A stretch of 64,000 nt of DNA, taken from IMG/VR virus record IMGVR_UViG_3300001750_000005. One strand, written 5' to 3'. Made by a program: the position numbers and the translations under genes. Positions within the stretch are counted from its first letter, which is position 1. Each line of letters starts with the position of its first letter. The notes beneath the pieces were generated by a model. That model ran no database searches, was not told the origin of the DNA, and was given only the letters and a program-made list of their open reading frames with translations. The DNA is from a virus. This document shows, piece after piece, positions 33,833 to 42,140 of this stretch.

Positions 33833-34945
33833 ATGGCGAATACACAAACAGCAGCAGAATTAGTCGTCACTAATTTTTTAAGTGACTTTTGGAAAGAGTA
33901 TATCCGCAAAAGCCGTTTTGCACGATATACTAAAACAACCAACAATGGCGTCATTACGATCAAAGAAGGTCGGCAGAAGATTGAGATACCTCTTGTTACT
34001 CGTTTAAAGGGTAATGGTGTTTCTGGTTCTAACACCTTGCGAGGTAACGGTGAGGCTATTGGTAACTATGGCCTTACTCTAACGCCTACTTATGCCCGTC
34101 ATGCAGTAGAGTTTGACCGTGAAGAATTGGAAAAGCCTAATATCGATCTAATGATGGCGGCCCGCCCACTTCTGATGGATTGGGCAATGGAAGACCAGCG
34201 TGATAAGATCATCGAAGCTCTTGGAGCAATCTATAACGGTACTACCTATGCAAATTACGGTACAGCAACAGCTGCCGCTATGGATACCTGGAATACGAAC
34301 AACAATGACCGTATTCTTTATGGTGCGGCTAAGTCAAACAACACTTCTGGAGACCACACTACTTCATTGGCTACGCTTGATGCAACGGCTGATAAGTTAT
34401 CCCCGGTAATCGGTTCTTTGGCTCGTCGTATTGCGCAGCAGGCAGATCCACACATTCGTCCTATCACCACTGGTGAAGATGAAGAATGGTTTATTATGTT
34501 CTGTGAAACCTATTCGTTCAGGGATCTAAAGACCAATTCAACCATGACTCAGGCCAATCGTGAGGCCCGTATCCGTAGTCCTAACAACCCTCTGTTTACT
34601 GATGGCGATCTCGTTTATGACGGTATCATCTATCGTGAAATCCCTGAAATCTCAGGATTTATCGACAGCGCAGCAGCAGGAACTTGGGGTTCTGGTGCAA
34701 CTGGTGACGGTCTTGATAACGCTGGCGCAGCAGGTATTCGTGTAGGGGTTAACTTCCTTTGCGGACAACAGGCTGTTAGCTTTGGTATGGGGCAACGTCC
34801 TCGTATCGTTGTAGATCGCCTTTACGACTATGAGTTCCAGCCCGGTGTTGCTGTTGAATTGAAGAATGATATCCAAAAATCATACTTTAATGATGTACAG
34901 CATGGTGTTGTAACTGTTTTCGTTGCTGCCGCAGCAGACGCGTAA
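33833..34945 (+). CDS. Major capsid protein (P22-coat/N4-gp56-like HK97 fold)
   Basis: 370 aa; L.G.GV.G...L.GN.E motif, biased high-expression codon usage, synteny. Confidence 0.9.
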   Translation: MANTQTAAELVVTNFLSDFWKEYIRKSRFARYTKTTNNGVITIKEGRQKIEIPLVTRLKGNGVSGSNTLRGNGEAIGNYGLTLTPTYARHAVEFDREELEKPNIDLMMAARPLLMDWAMEDQRDKIIEALGAIYNGTTYANYGTATAAAMDTWNTNNNDRILYGAAKSNNTSGDHTTSLATLDATADKLSPVIGSLARRIAQQADPHIRPITTGEDEEWFIMFCETYSFRDLKTNSTMTQANREARIRSPNNPLFTDGDLVYDGIIYREIPEISGFIDSAAAGTWGSGATGDGLDNAGAAGIRVGVNFLCGQQAVSFGMGQRPRIVVDRLYDYEFQPGVAVELKNDIQKSYFNDVQHGVVTVFVAAAADA

Positions 34946-34954
34946 GGAGGACTA

Positions 34955-35221
34955 ATGGCCTTAACATCAGAAAGTGAATTAACTGGTAACGGAATGAATC
35001 AAGGGGACATTTATGTCCTTATGAGTAATATCGTTGATCTTGTCAATGAAATCCAAACAGACCATGCAACAATGATTTTGGCTCTAGATGGAATCTTGGC
35101 AAAACTAGATGCAGACGCAGGTATCACAGATACCGATTACGCGGCTGTCCACGGAACAGCAGGCTCTGGAGCCGCTATCCCAGCAACATTAACAAATATT
35201 ACCGCGCTAACGCTCGGATAG
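34955..35221 (+). CDS. Small capsid-associated protein
   Basis: AAGGAGG RBS; short trimer-like helical protein after the capsid gene. Confidence 0.55.
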   Translation: MALTSESELTGNGMNQGDIYVLMSNIVDLVNEIQTDHATMILALDGILAKLDADAGITDTDYAAVHGTAGSGAAIPATLTNITALTLG

Positions 35222-35231
35222 GAGAAATAAC

Positions 35232-35711
35232 ATGGCTGCTGAAACACTTGTAGCAACACACGCGGCAACCGGATTCCCGGTGAGCGCAATCGGTCCTGCT
35301 GGAGATGTAAAAGTAGCATATGGCACTTATGCCATTGCCGCTAATGTCGAAGCAGGAGATATCTTTGAACTGTGTAAATTACCTGCCGGGGCGACTATTG
35401 TCGGTGGAGAGCTTCGTGCCGACCCACTTGACACGCATGCAACCCCTACTCTGGATATGGATTTAGGCTGGAAAGCAACAGCCGATGAAGTAACCGATAC
35501 AGACGGGCTAGGTAACCTAGGGGTTTGGAGTGATACGGCTGTAGCAGGATATAGGACTGAAGTTGGTCATATATTCCCATTGCAAGGTATCGTAATGACT
35601 GCCGGGTTTAAGACGTTTACTGCTGAAGCTGTAATTCAGTTGTACGCCAATGCAGCAGCCGCTACATTTGCTGCTGGTGACGTAACAGTCGTTGTCTATT
35701 ACACAATGTGA
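35232..35711 (+). CDS. Capsid decoration/cement protein
   Basis: AGDIFELCKLPAGATIVGG...TLDMDLG motif, typical of post-capsid decoration proteins. Confidence 0.7.
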   Translation: MAAETLVATHAATGFPVSAIGPAGDVKVAYGTYAIAANVEAGDIFELCKLPAGATIVGGELRADPLDTHATPTLDMDLGWKATADEVTDTDGLGNLGVWSDTAVAGYRTEVGHIFPLQGIVMTAGFKTFTAEAVIQLYANAAAATFAAGDVTVVVYYTM

Positions 35712-36223
35712 TTATATGCATGCCAACAATCCAGCATTCTGGAACTTTGTTCACTAGAGCTTTGATCCCGTTTGATCCTCTTCCTTTAACAGATAAACCA
35801 AAGGAAGGGGACTGGATATATTGGGGGCACATGCATAGAGATGTAGCGGGGCGGGATAACTGGAAGGAATTAGCAAGACAATTCCCTACTATTGTTCCGC
35901 TCCGCCACCCTTACCTGATTTCAGAATCATGGAATAGAAGAAGCGTAGATAATGAAAAGGAACCATGGAGATTAAGAGAAGAGTGGGATTTTTTGATAAA
36001 TGAAATAGATAAATACGATCCTTATTATCTTCCAATAGATTCAAATAATAGACAAGAATATTTAGATAAAATTAATAATGATTTAAACTTAAATATAAGA
36101 ACAAGATGGACACCAGTTCATTCAAAAAAGAATACACATGGTCTTTCTATAAATGAAGTAGAAATAGATCAAGAACTAATTAATCATATAAAACCTTTTA
36201 TAGGAAGATTCTATGAAATATAA
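35708..36223 (+). CDS. Sulfotransferase-like protein
   Basis: 5'-PSB-like loop TIQHSGTLF and 3'-PB-like IVPLRHPYLISESW. Confidence 0.55.
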   Translation: MIICMPTIQHSGTLFTRALIPFDPLPLTDKPKEGDWIYWGHMHRDVAGRDNWKELARQFPTIVPLRHPYLISESWNRRSVDNEKEPWRLREEWDFLINEIDKYDPYYLPIDSNNRQEYLDKINNDLNLNIRTRWTPVHSKKNTHGLSINEVEIDQELINHIKPFIGRFYEI

Positions 36224-36461
36224 ATACATAGGTTACGGAGAAGACCCTCCTGAAGAGATAATCTTTTTTGGGTTCAAGTTCTTATTGAATGGTGACTCTG
36301 TAGAAGTTGGTGATTTAGAACGTATTAAAGGACACCGATGCTTTGAATTACAAGGACAAGAAAAGTCTATACAGAAACAATACGAAGATAAATTCGGTGA
36401 AAAGCCTCATCATCTTATGAAAGAAAAGACAATCAAGGCAAGATTAGATGCAAAGTCATAA
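36213..36461 (+). CDS. Small virion-module protein with a HeH/LEM-like C-terminus
   Basis: QYEDKFGEKPHHLMKEKTIKARL. Confidence 0.5.
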   Translation: MKYKYIGYGEDPPEEIIFFGFKFLLNGDSVEVGDLERIKGHRCFELQGQEKSIQKQYEDKFGEKPHHLMKEKTIKARLDAKS

Positions 36462-37923
36462 CAATGTAGTTCAAAGATCAACAGGGTCTGTAATTCCTCT
36501 TGCTAATGTTGAAGTATATCTAGCAGGGACTGCAACCGTAGCAACTATCTATTCTGACAATGGTGTTACTCCAATAACTCGTCCTTTCCTGGCTAATAGT
36601 GAAGGTGAGTTTAAGTTCTGGGCTGCTGATGGTCGCTATGATGTAGTTGCTACGTATGATGGTATTACAGATAGTTATGAGATTATATTAAGTGACTCTC
36701 CAGTAAATGTTAGGAACTTTGGTGCATTAGGGGATGGAGTAACAGATGATACGTCATCATTTCAATTGGCTATAGATAGTATCATTGATAAGGGAATAAT
36801 ATTCCTACCAGAAGGAGATCACATAGTTACTGTTTCCTCATTAATCAGAGGAACAAAAACTATTCTTTGGGATGGTCCTGGAACAATAAATGGGACAAGC
36901 GTTAAAACATTGCCTGGGCTTAATATTGGTTATGCTTCTGGTAGACAGATCTTTAATAAAGATGATAGTACTCCAGGTGATTATGCAGATTTTGAATTTT
37001 TAAGAAATGCTGATTATACAGGAGATGATGGGGCTAACTCAGTAGCAAGTAATATTAGAGTAGATACAACAGTTGGAGCTAATGCTGGGTCTGCTTCTTT
37101 TACGTCTTCAGAGTGGGCAATTAATAGTGTAATAGATTCTAGTAGCCCAGACGCACATTCTGTTTCTGTTAGTGGAGTCGCATATAGAAGGTCTACTGGC
37201 CCAGTATGGGGGGGACATTTTAATGCTAGAGAGGAAACCGGAGGGACTACTACAATAAATGCTATTAGAGCTATTGAGGCAAATATTCAAGCAACAGGAG
37301 CAGATAATAATAATCTAAGGTCTGTTATTGATGTGGTTGCTCATAATATAGCTCTATCTTATGCTGGTTTAGGAGTTGACACTATAGCTTATGGTCTTAG
37401 AGTATATTCTGAATCAGCAGATTTAAAGAAAGGTATCCAATTACAAGAGAATGGATCTAGTAAAATATATAACGGTATAGTAAATAGCATAACAGGAAAT
37501 GGATCTGGTTATCTTGATGATGGTACTAGAACCGGTAGGGCTATATATCTAACAGGAGGAGGGTCTATAGGATTAGACTCAAGTGCGGGAACTTGGACAT
37601 CATGCGCTATTCGTATAGGAGATGATTCATATATACAGTGGAGAGCAAATGGAGCAGTACAAACAAGGTTTAATACATCAACTAGTGAATTTGAATATAT
37701 TGTTTCAGGAACCAATAGAGTAGATTTTAATTTATCAGGTACTCCTTCTATAAATCTTAATAGTACTCAAGTTATTGGTACTAGGAAAACTGGATGGTCG
37801 GCTGCCACAGGGACGGCAACAAGAACAACATTTGTTACTTCAACCGTAACATTGGCTCAACTTGCAGAAAGAGTAAAGGCATTAATTGATGATTCAATTT
37901 CTCATGGTTTAATAGGCACTTAG
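36448..37923 (+). CDS. Tailspike-like receptor-binding protein (beta-helix)
   Basis: N-terminal VEVYLAGTATVATIYSDNG particle-binding domain; NVRNFGALGDGVTDDT pectate-lyase-3-like start; C-terminal TGWSAATGTATRTTF...LAERVKALIDD. Confidence 0.85.
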   Translation: MQSHNNVVQRSTGSVIPLANVEVYLAGTATVATIYSDNGVTPITRPFLANSEGEFKFWAADGRYDVVATYDGITDSYEIILSDSPVNVRNFGALGDGVTDDTSSFQLAIDSIIDKGIIFLPEGDHIVTVSSLIRGTKTILWDGPGTINGTSVKTLPGLNIGYASGRQIFNKDDSTPGDYADFEFLRNADYTGDDGANSVASNIRVDTTVGANAGSASFTSSEWAINSVIDSSSPDAHSVSVSGVAYRRSTGPVWGGHFNAREETGGTTTINAIRAIEANIQATGADNNNLRSVIDVVAHNIALSYAGLGVDTIAYGLRVYSESADLKKGIQLQENGSSKIYNGIVNSITGNGSGYLDDGTRTGRAIYLTGGGSIGLDSSAGTWTSCAIRIGDDSYIQWRANGAVQTRFNTSTSEFEYIVSGTNRVDFNLSGTPSINLNSTQVIGTRKTGWSAATGTATRTTFVTSTVTLAQLAERVKALIDDSISHGLIGT

Positions 37924-37924
37924 T

Positions 37925-38077
37925 ATGAACTTACTAATATCTAAAGAATTAGCTCAAGCAATTCATGATTATCTACATAATAGACCTATGATAGAAGTGG
38001 AAAGTCTTGTTATCGCTATTAGAGAACTTAAAAAACAAGAAGAAATAATTAAAAACGAAACTACAGTATCTTCATAG
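37925..38077 (+). CDS. Small tailspike-associated protein (50 aa), not in the ORF track
   Basis: Translated by hand: MNLLISKELAQAIHDYLHNRPMIEVESLVIAIRELKKQEE... Confidence 0.55.
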   Translation: MNLLISKELAQAIHDYLHNRPMIEVESLVIAIRELKKQEEIIKNETTVSS

Positions 38078-38120
38078 CTATGGATAATCCTACAGAACAT
38101 ATTTTCATAGAGAATAAATA

Positions 38121-38498
38121 ATGGCAATAATACTTAATCCAACACCTACCAAGATAGCAAAGACTGGAATCAAGCAACGTGCCCTTGAAGATCTTGCTGT
38201 CATAATGATAGGCGAACCTGCCCAGTCTCAGGATGATATACGTATAGACCTGGCATACAATGAGGTTTACGAAGATCTTAAGGTTTTAGGTCTTGCTACA
38301 TGGGGAATTAATGGATATGTACCAAATGGTCTCGTTCCTCACGTAGTAGCTCTTGTAGCATGGAATGCTGTTGATTCTTATGGAGTATCTCCAGCAAGAT
38401 ATCAGAGGATACAATTGAAAGCGGCTTCTGCGAAGAGAGAAATTAGCCTTTTAACAGTACCTAAACATGAATCACTAGAAGAACCGAGAGATTTCTAA
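38121..38498 (+). CDS. Head completion/adaptor protein (P22 gp4-like)
   Basis: ALEDLAVI..GEPAQSQD...YNEVYEDL..LG..WG...VP...LVA pattern and synteny. Confidence 0.65.
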   Translation: MAIILNPTPTKIAKTGIKQRALEDLAVIMIGEPAQSQDDIRIDLAYNEVYEDLKVLGLATWGINGYVPNGLVPHVVALVAWNAVDSYGVSPARYQRIQLKAASAKREISLLTVPKHESLEEPRDF

Positions 38499-39889
38499 TG
38501 CCAACAGTTGCTATTAATCTTACTGGTCCTTCTTATTCTCATCGCTCAAGGTCTTTAAGTTCTCAAAGAACGATAGGATTTTACCCTGAAATAATCGACA
38601 CCCAGAGTTCTAAAAGTAAATATATCCTTAATTCTTTTCCTGGATTAAAGTTATTCGGTACGTCTTCAGGTAGAGATAGAGGGATGTTTGAACACCAGAA
38701 TGTTCTTTATAAAGTAACCGACACAACCCTAAACACAGTCGCATTTGATGGCACTCACACTTCTGTAGGGACTATTCCAGGGACAGGAAGGTGTATCTTT
38801 GCAGGAATAGGAACTAATGTAGTTATCGTCACAGGAGGGCGTGTATGGCAATACACAGGGACACTTACTGAGATAACAGATGTAGATCTTGAAACTCCTA
38901 ATGGTGCTGCTCATCTCAACAATCAAATAATATATGATGGTGATGGAGGCAGGTTTGTTACATCAGATGTAGGTGACGCTACCACAATAAACGGTCTTAA
39001 TTATGCTGCTGCTGAGAGTAATGCCGATGACTTAAAAATACCTTATGTATTTAATCAGATACTATATTTAATGGGCGATAAAACAATTGAGACATGGTGG
39101 AATTCAGGAGTGGGGAATCCTCCATTTGACAGGATAGAGGGTGGAATATACCCGATAGGTCTAGCCGCTATATATTCCGCTGCAAATAATGATAACCACT
39201 TATATTTTCTTGCTGATGATAATAAAATCTATCAACTCCCAAATAAAGAGAATATATCAACTATCGCATTAACTCATGAAATTGATTCTTATTTAGTTGT
39301 AGATGATGCAATTGGATACTGTTTAACGTTTGAGAACCAGAACTTCTACCTATTAATTTTTCCGACAGTCAATAAAAGCTGGTGTTATTCTGAATCTTCA
39401 GGGCAATGGTTCGAGCTCAATAAAGACCGTTATATTGGTAGTTCTTATGCGTACGCATTTAGAAAGAACCTAATAGCCGATTATCGAAATGGGAACATCT
39501 ATGAACTAGATATAGATACTTACTCAGAAAATAGTGAATTTGTAGAAAGAGTAAGGGACTCTGGGCCTATATTCGGTGAGCTTATGGGCGCATCTGGTAA
39601 AAAGATAGAAATGAGCCGTTTTGAGCTTATTATGGAAGTCGGGGTTGGTGGACTTCCATCAACTACAGATAATAGTGAAAACCCTATTATCATGCTTCAA
39701 TTCTCAGATGACGGTGGAAAAACGTTCTCTACTGAAAAATGGGGTAAAATAGGGAAGATGAACAAATACGTAAAAGTAGAATGGTTTTCTTTAGGCTCAT
39801 TCTTTGAAAGGATTATAAGGATCAAAGTATCAGATCCAAACTTCATCTCTATCCACTCGTCCTCAGCAGACCTAGAGGCAGGTATATGA
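38498..39889 (+). CDS. Packaged-DNA stabilisation / tail hub protein (P22 gp10-like)
   Basis: 463 aa beta-propeller-like; YAAAESNADD, TIETWWNSG, GEL...FELIMEVGVG...QFSDDGGKTFS...W..LG. Confidence 0.88.
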   Translation: MPTVAINLTGPSYSHRSRSLSSQRTIGFYPEIIDTQSSKSKYILNSFPGLKLFGTSSGRDRGMFEHQNVLYKVTDTTLNTVAFDGTHTSVGTIPGTGRCIFAGIGTNVVIVTGGRVWQYTGTLTEITDVDLETPNGAAHLNNQIIYDGDGGRFVTSDVGDATTINGLNYAAAESNADDLKIPYVFNQILYLMGDKTIETWWNSGVGNPPFDRIEGGIYPIGLAAIYSAANNDNHLYFLADDNKIYQLPNKENISTIALTHEIDSYLVVDDAIGYCLTFENQNFYLLIFPTVNKSWCYSESSGQWFELNKDRYIGSSYAYAFRKNLIADYRNGNIYELDIDTYSENSEFVERVRDSGPIFGELMGASGKKIEMSRFELIMEVGVGGLPSTTDNSENPIIMLQFSDDGGKTFSTEKWGKIGKMNKYVKVEWFSLGSFFERIIRIKVSDPNFISIHSSSADLEAGI

Positions 39890-40134
39890 ACCCACCCCCC
39901 GTTCAAGTTCCATTAAAACTGCAAGATCAATCAGATGTAAAACTATTTTTCAATACTCTTATTAAAAGTAATTACTTAGTTTGGTCAAATATAATAACGG
40001 CTTCTCAAACAACATTAACCACTTCAGATACAAATACTCCTAATTCAGGGGATGCTACTACCGACTTAATAATAGCAAACCTACAAACGAGAGTTGATGA
40101 ATTAGAAGCAATCATTATAGCTATAGGACAATAA
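39886..40134 (+). CDS. Small tail-associated protein (needle/plug-like position)
   Basis: 82 aa with C-terminal heptads LQTRVDELE; synteny. Confidence 0.45.
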   Translation: MNPPPVQVPLKLQDQSDVKLFFNTLIKSNYLVWSNIITASQTTLTTSDTNTPNSGDATTDLIIANLQTRVDELEAIIIAIGQ

Positions 40135-40135
40135 T

Positions 40136-40945
40136 ATGGGAATCAGTTTAAATCCTATCGAGAATTTCGATTCTTTTTTTGGTACTGATCTATCTGGAGA
40201 AGGGGCAGCACAAGCTTCAGTAGAAGCAGCAAGACTACAGTTAGAGGGAACTAAATTAGGTATTGCCGAGGTAAAAGCCGGTAGGGAGCAGGCTAGAGCT
40301 GACCTATCACCTTTCAGGCAGGCAGGTGTAGACGCCCTTCCAGGGCTTTCAAGCCTTATTCAAGACCCTAATGCTCAAAAGAGCTTTATCACAGATAACC
40401 CATTCTTTACTGCGCTGGCAGATGATGCTCAAAGTAGGTTATTTGCGAATCAAGCTGCAAAAGGAAAGATTGGATCTGGAGATACTCCAAAAGCCCTTCA
40501 AAACAGTCTTCTTCTTCTTGGAAACGATCTTCTAAACCAGAATATATCCCAAAGGTTTAATCTAGCTACCCTTGGAGCTAATGCAGCAGCAGGGCAAGCC
40601 ACAGCTACCCAGAGCGCAAGCGCAGGAATATCAGACCTATTCACGCAGGGCGCTAACGCGCAAGCAGCAGGGTTTGTAGGAGCCGCTAACGCTAGAACAA
40701 ATGCTACTAACCAGCTTCTTCAATTAGGAACCACTGCTCTGTTAGCCTCAGATAGGCGCGTTAAGCGAGATATAGAGCAAATAGGCATGTATAAAGACCT
40801 TCCTGTTTATACGTTTAAATATATCTGGAGTGATGAAGAACAAATCGGATTTATGGCTCAAGAGGTTAGAGAGCTATTTCCTGATGCTGTAGTTGAGAAA
40901 AACGGTATCCTTCACGTGAATTACGGAGCAGTTTATGCCCATTAA
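40136..40945 (+). CDS. DNA ejection/pilot protein (P22 gp7-like) with a C-terminal S74-type chaperone domain
   Basis: A/G/Q-rich, PFRQAG...L motif; C-terminus SDRRVKRDIEQIG...YTFKY...GFMAQEV...P.AV...G.L.VNY. Confidence 0.8.
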   Translation: MGISLNPIENFDSFFGTDLSGEGAAQASVEAARLQLEGTKLGIAEVKAGREQARADLSPFRQAGVDALPGLSSLIQDPNAQKSFITDNPFFTALADDAQSRLFANQAAKGKIGSGDTPKALQNSLLLLGNDLLNQNISQRFNLATLGANAAAGQATATQSASAGISDLFTQGANAQAAGFVGAANARTNATNQLLQLGTTALLASDRRVKRDIEQIGMYKDLPVYTFKYIWSDEEQIGFMAQEVRELFPDAVVEKNGILHVNYGAVYAH

Positions 40946-42140
40946 TCCAAATATCCCCTTAGGCGTTCAAGGAAGTAAATTCGGAGAACTAATAAGTAAA
41001 GGGTTCCAGCAATACCAGCAAGCTCAACACACTAAAAGGGTTGATGAGCAGAATAACGCCTTGCTTCTCCTGAAGCAGGAGCAGGCAGCCCAAAAAAACA
41101 AAGATATAGAACGTAAGTCAATTCAGCGCCAATTTGCTTCCACTGCTGTTTCACAGCTACTCCCTGCTTACGAAAATGGTGATTTCGGTACTGTTGAGAA
41201 AATAATGACTGATGAAATAACCAGACTAGGAGTAGACAATAAAGAGTCTATTCCTATGGAAGATGCTTTAACCGCTCACAAACAAGACCCTCAAAGGGCT
41301 TTTAATGCCATTAAACAGATCGTGTCACAAGCAAGGATGGAGAAGCTAATCCCTCAGCAGGAAAAGGGAAAAAGAGTAAATGCACAGATCCCAGGGCAGT
41401 CAGGGATAGTCCCGGCTATTGAGACACCTCAAGGGTTTCTTACAGACCCTAAAACAGGAGCTAGGCTTCCTGACGCTATTAAGGCTCCTTCACGCCAGGA
41501 GACTGGAGGAGCAGGGTCTTTAACTGGTTCTCAAGAAGGTAAGCTTATATCTGGAAGCATAGAATCTGAGCAAGCTATTTCTAATACTATTTTATCCATG
41601 GAAAGCATAAAAGAGCTTGTGAAAAGTCCTGACTTTATGGGAGGAGTATCTGGAGATATAAACTCTTTAATTAATAGTGGATTACAGCAGATTAAACAAA
41701 TTACTAAAACTGAAGATATTTTCATTAGAAATCCTGATGGAAAGGTCACACTTGACGAATCTAAATTAGGAGATTTAGGGGTAAAAAATATGGGGAGATT
41801 TAGAAGGGCCGCTATTAATGATGATAGAGTTGATAGCGCCGTTTTAGATCTAGCTTATACACTTGCTCAAGTTAGAGACCCTGGAGGAAGATTATCGGAT
41901 AAGGACGTTGAAGCAGCAGAAAAAACTATAAGGTCTGGAGCAGATAGAGTATCTATTTTAAAACTTTTAGAAGACACACAGAAAAGAGCAATACAGAAAT
42001 TTAATTCAGATACTAGGATCTTAAATAAACGTACTGGGGGAAATATTCCTCAAATCTCTATTGAAGAGATCTTAGGAAATAAACGTGTTGATACAGAAGA
42101 CGAAGTAGCCGATAGAATCCTTAAGAAGATGGGATTATGA
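40935..42140 (+). CDS. Ejection protein (copy of 170-1375)
   Basis: Identical translation. Confidence 0.6.
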   Translation: MPINPNIPLGVQGSKFGELISKGFQQYQQAQHTKRVDEQNNALLLLKQEQAAQKNKDIERKSIQRQFASTAVSQLLPAYENGDFGTVEKIMTDEITRLGVDNKESIPMEDALTAHKQDPQRAFNAIKQIVSQARMEKLIPQQEKGKRVNAQIPGQSGIVPAIETPQGFLTDPKTGARLPDAIKAPSRQETGGAGSLTGSQEGKLISGSIESEQAISNTILSMESIKELVKSPDFMGGVSGDINSLINSGLQQIKQITKTEDIFIRNPDGKVTLDESKLGDLGVKNMGRFRRAAINDDRVDSAVLDLAYTLAQVRDPGGRLSDKDVEAAEKTIRSGADRVSILKLLEDTQKRAIQKFNSDTRILNKRTGGNIPQISIEEILGNKRVDTEDEVADRILKKMGL

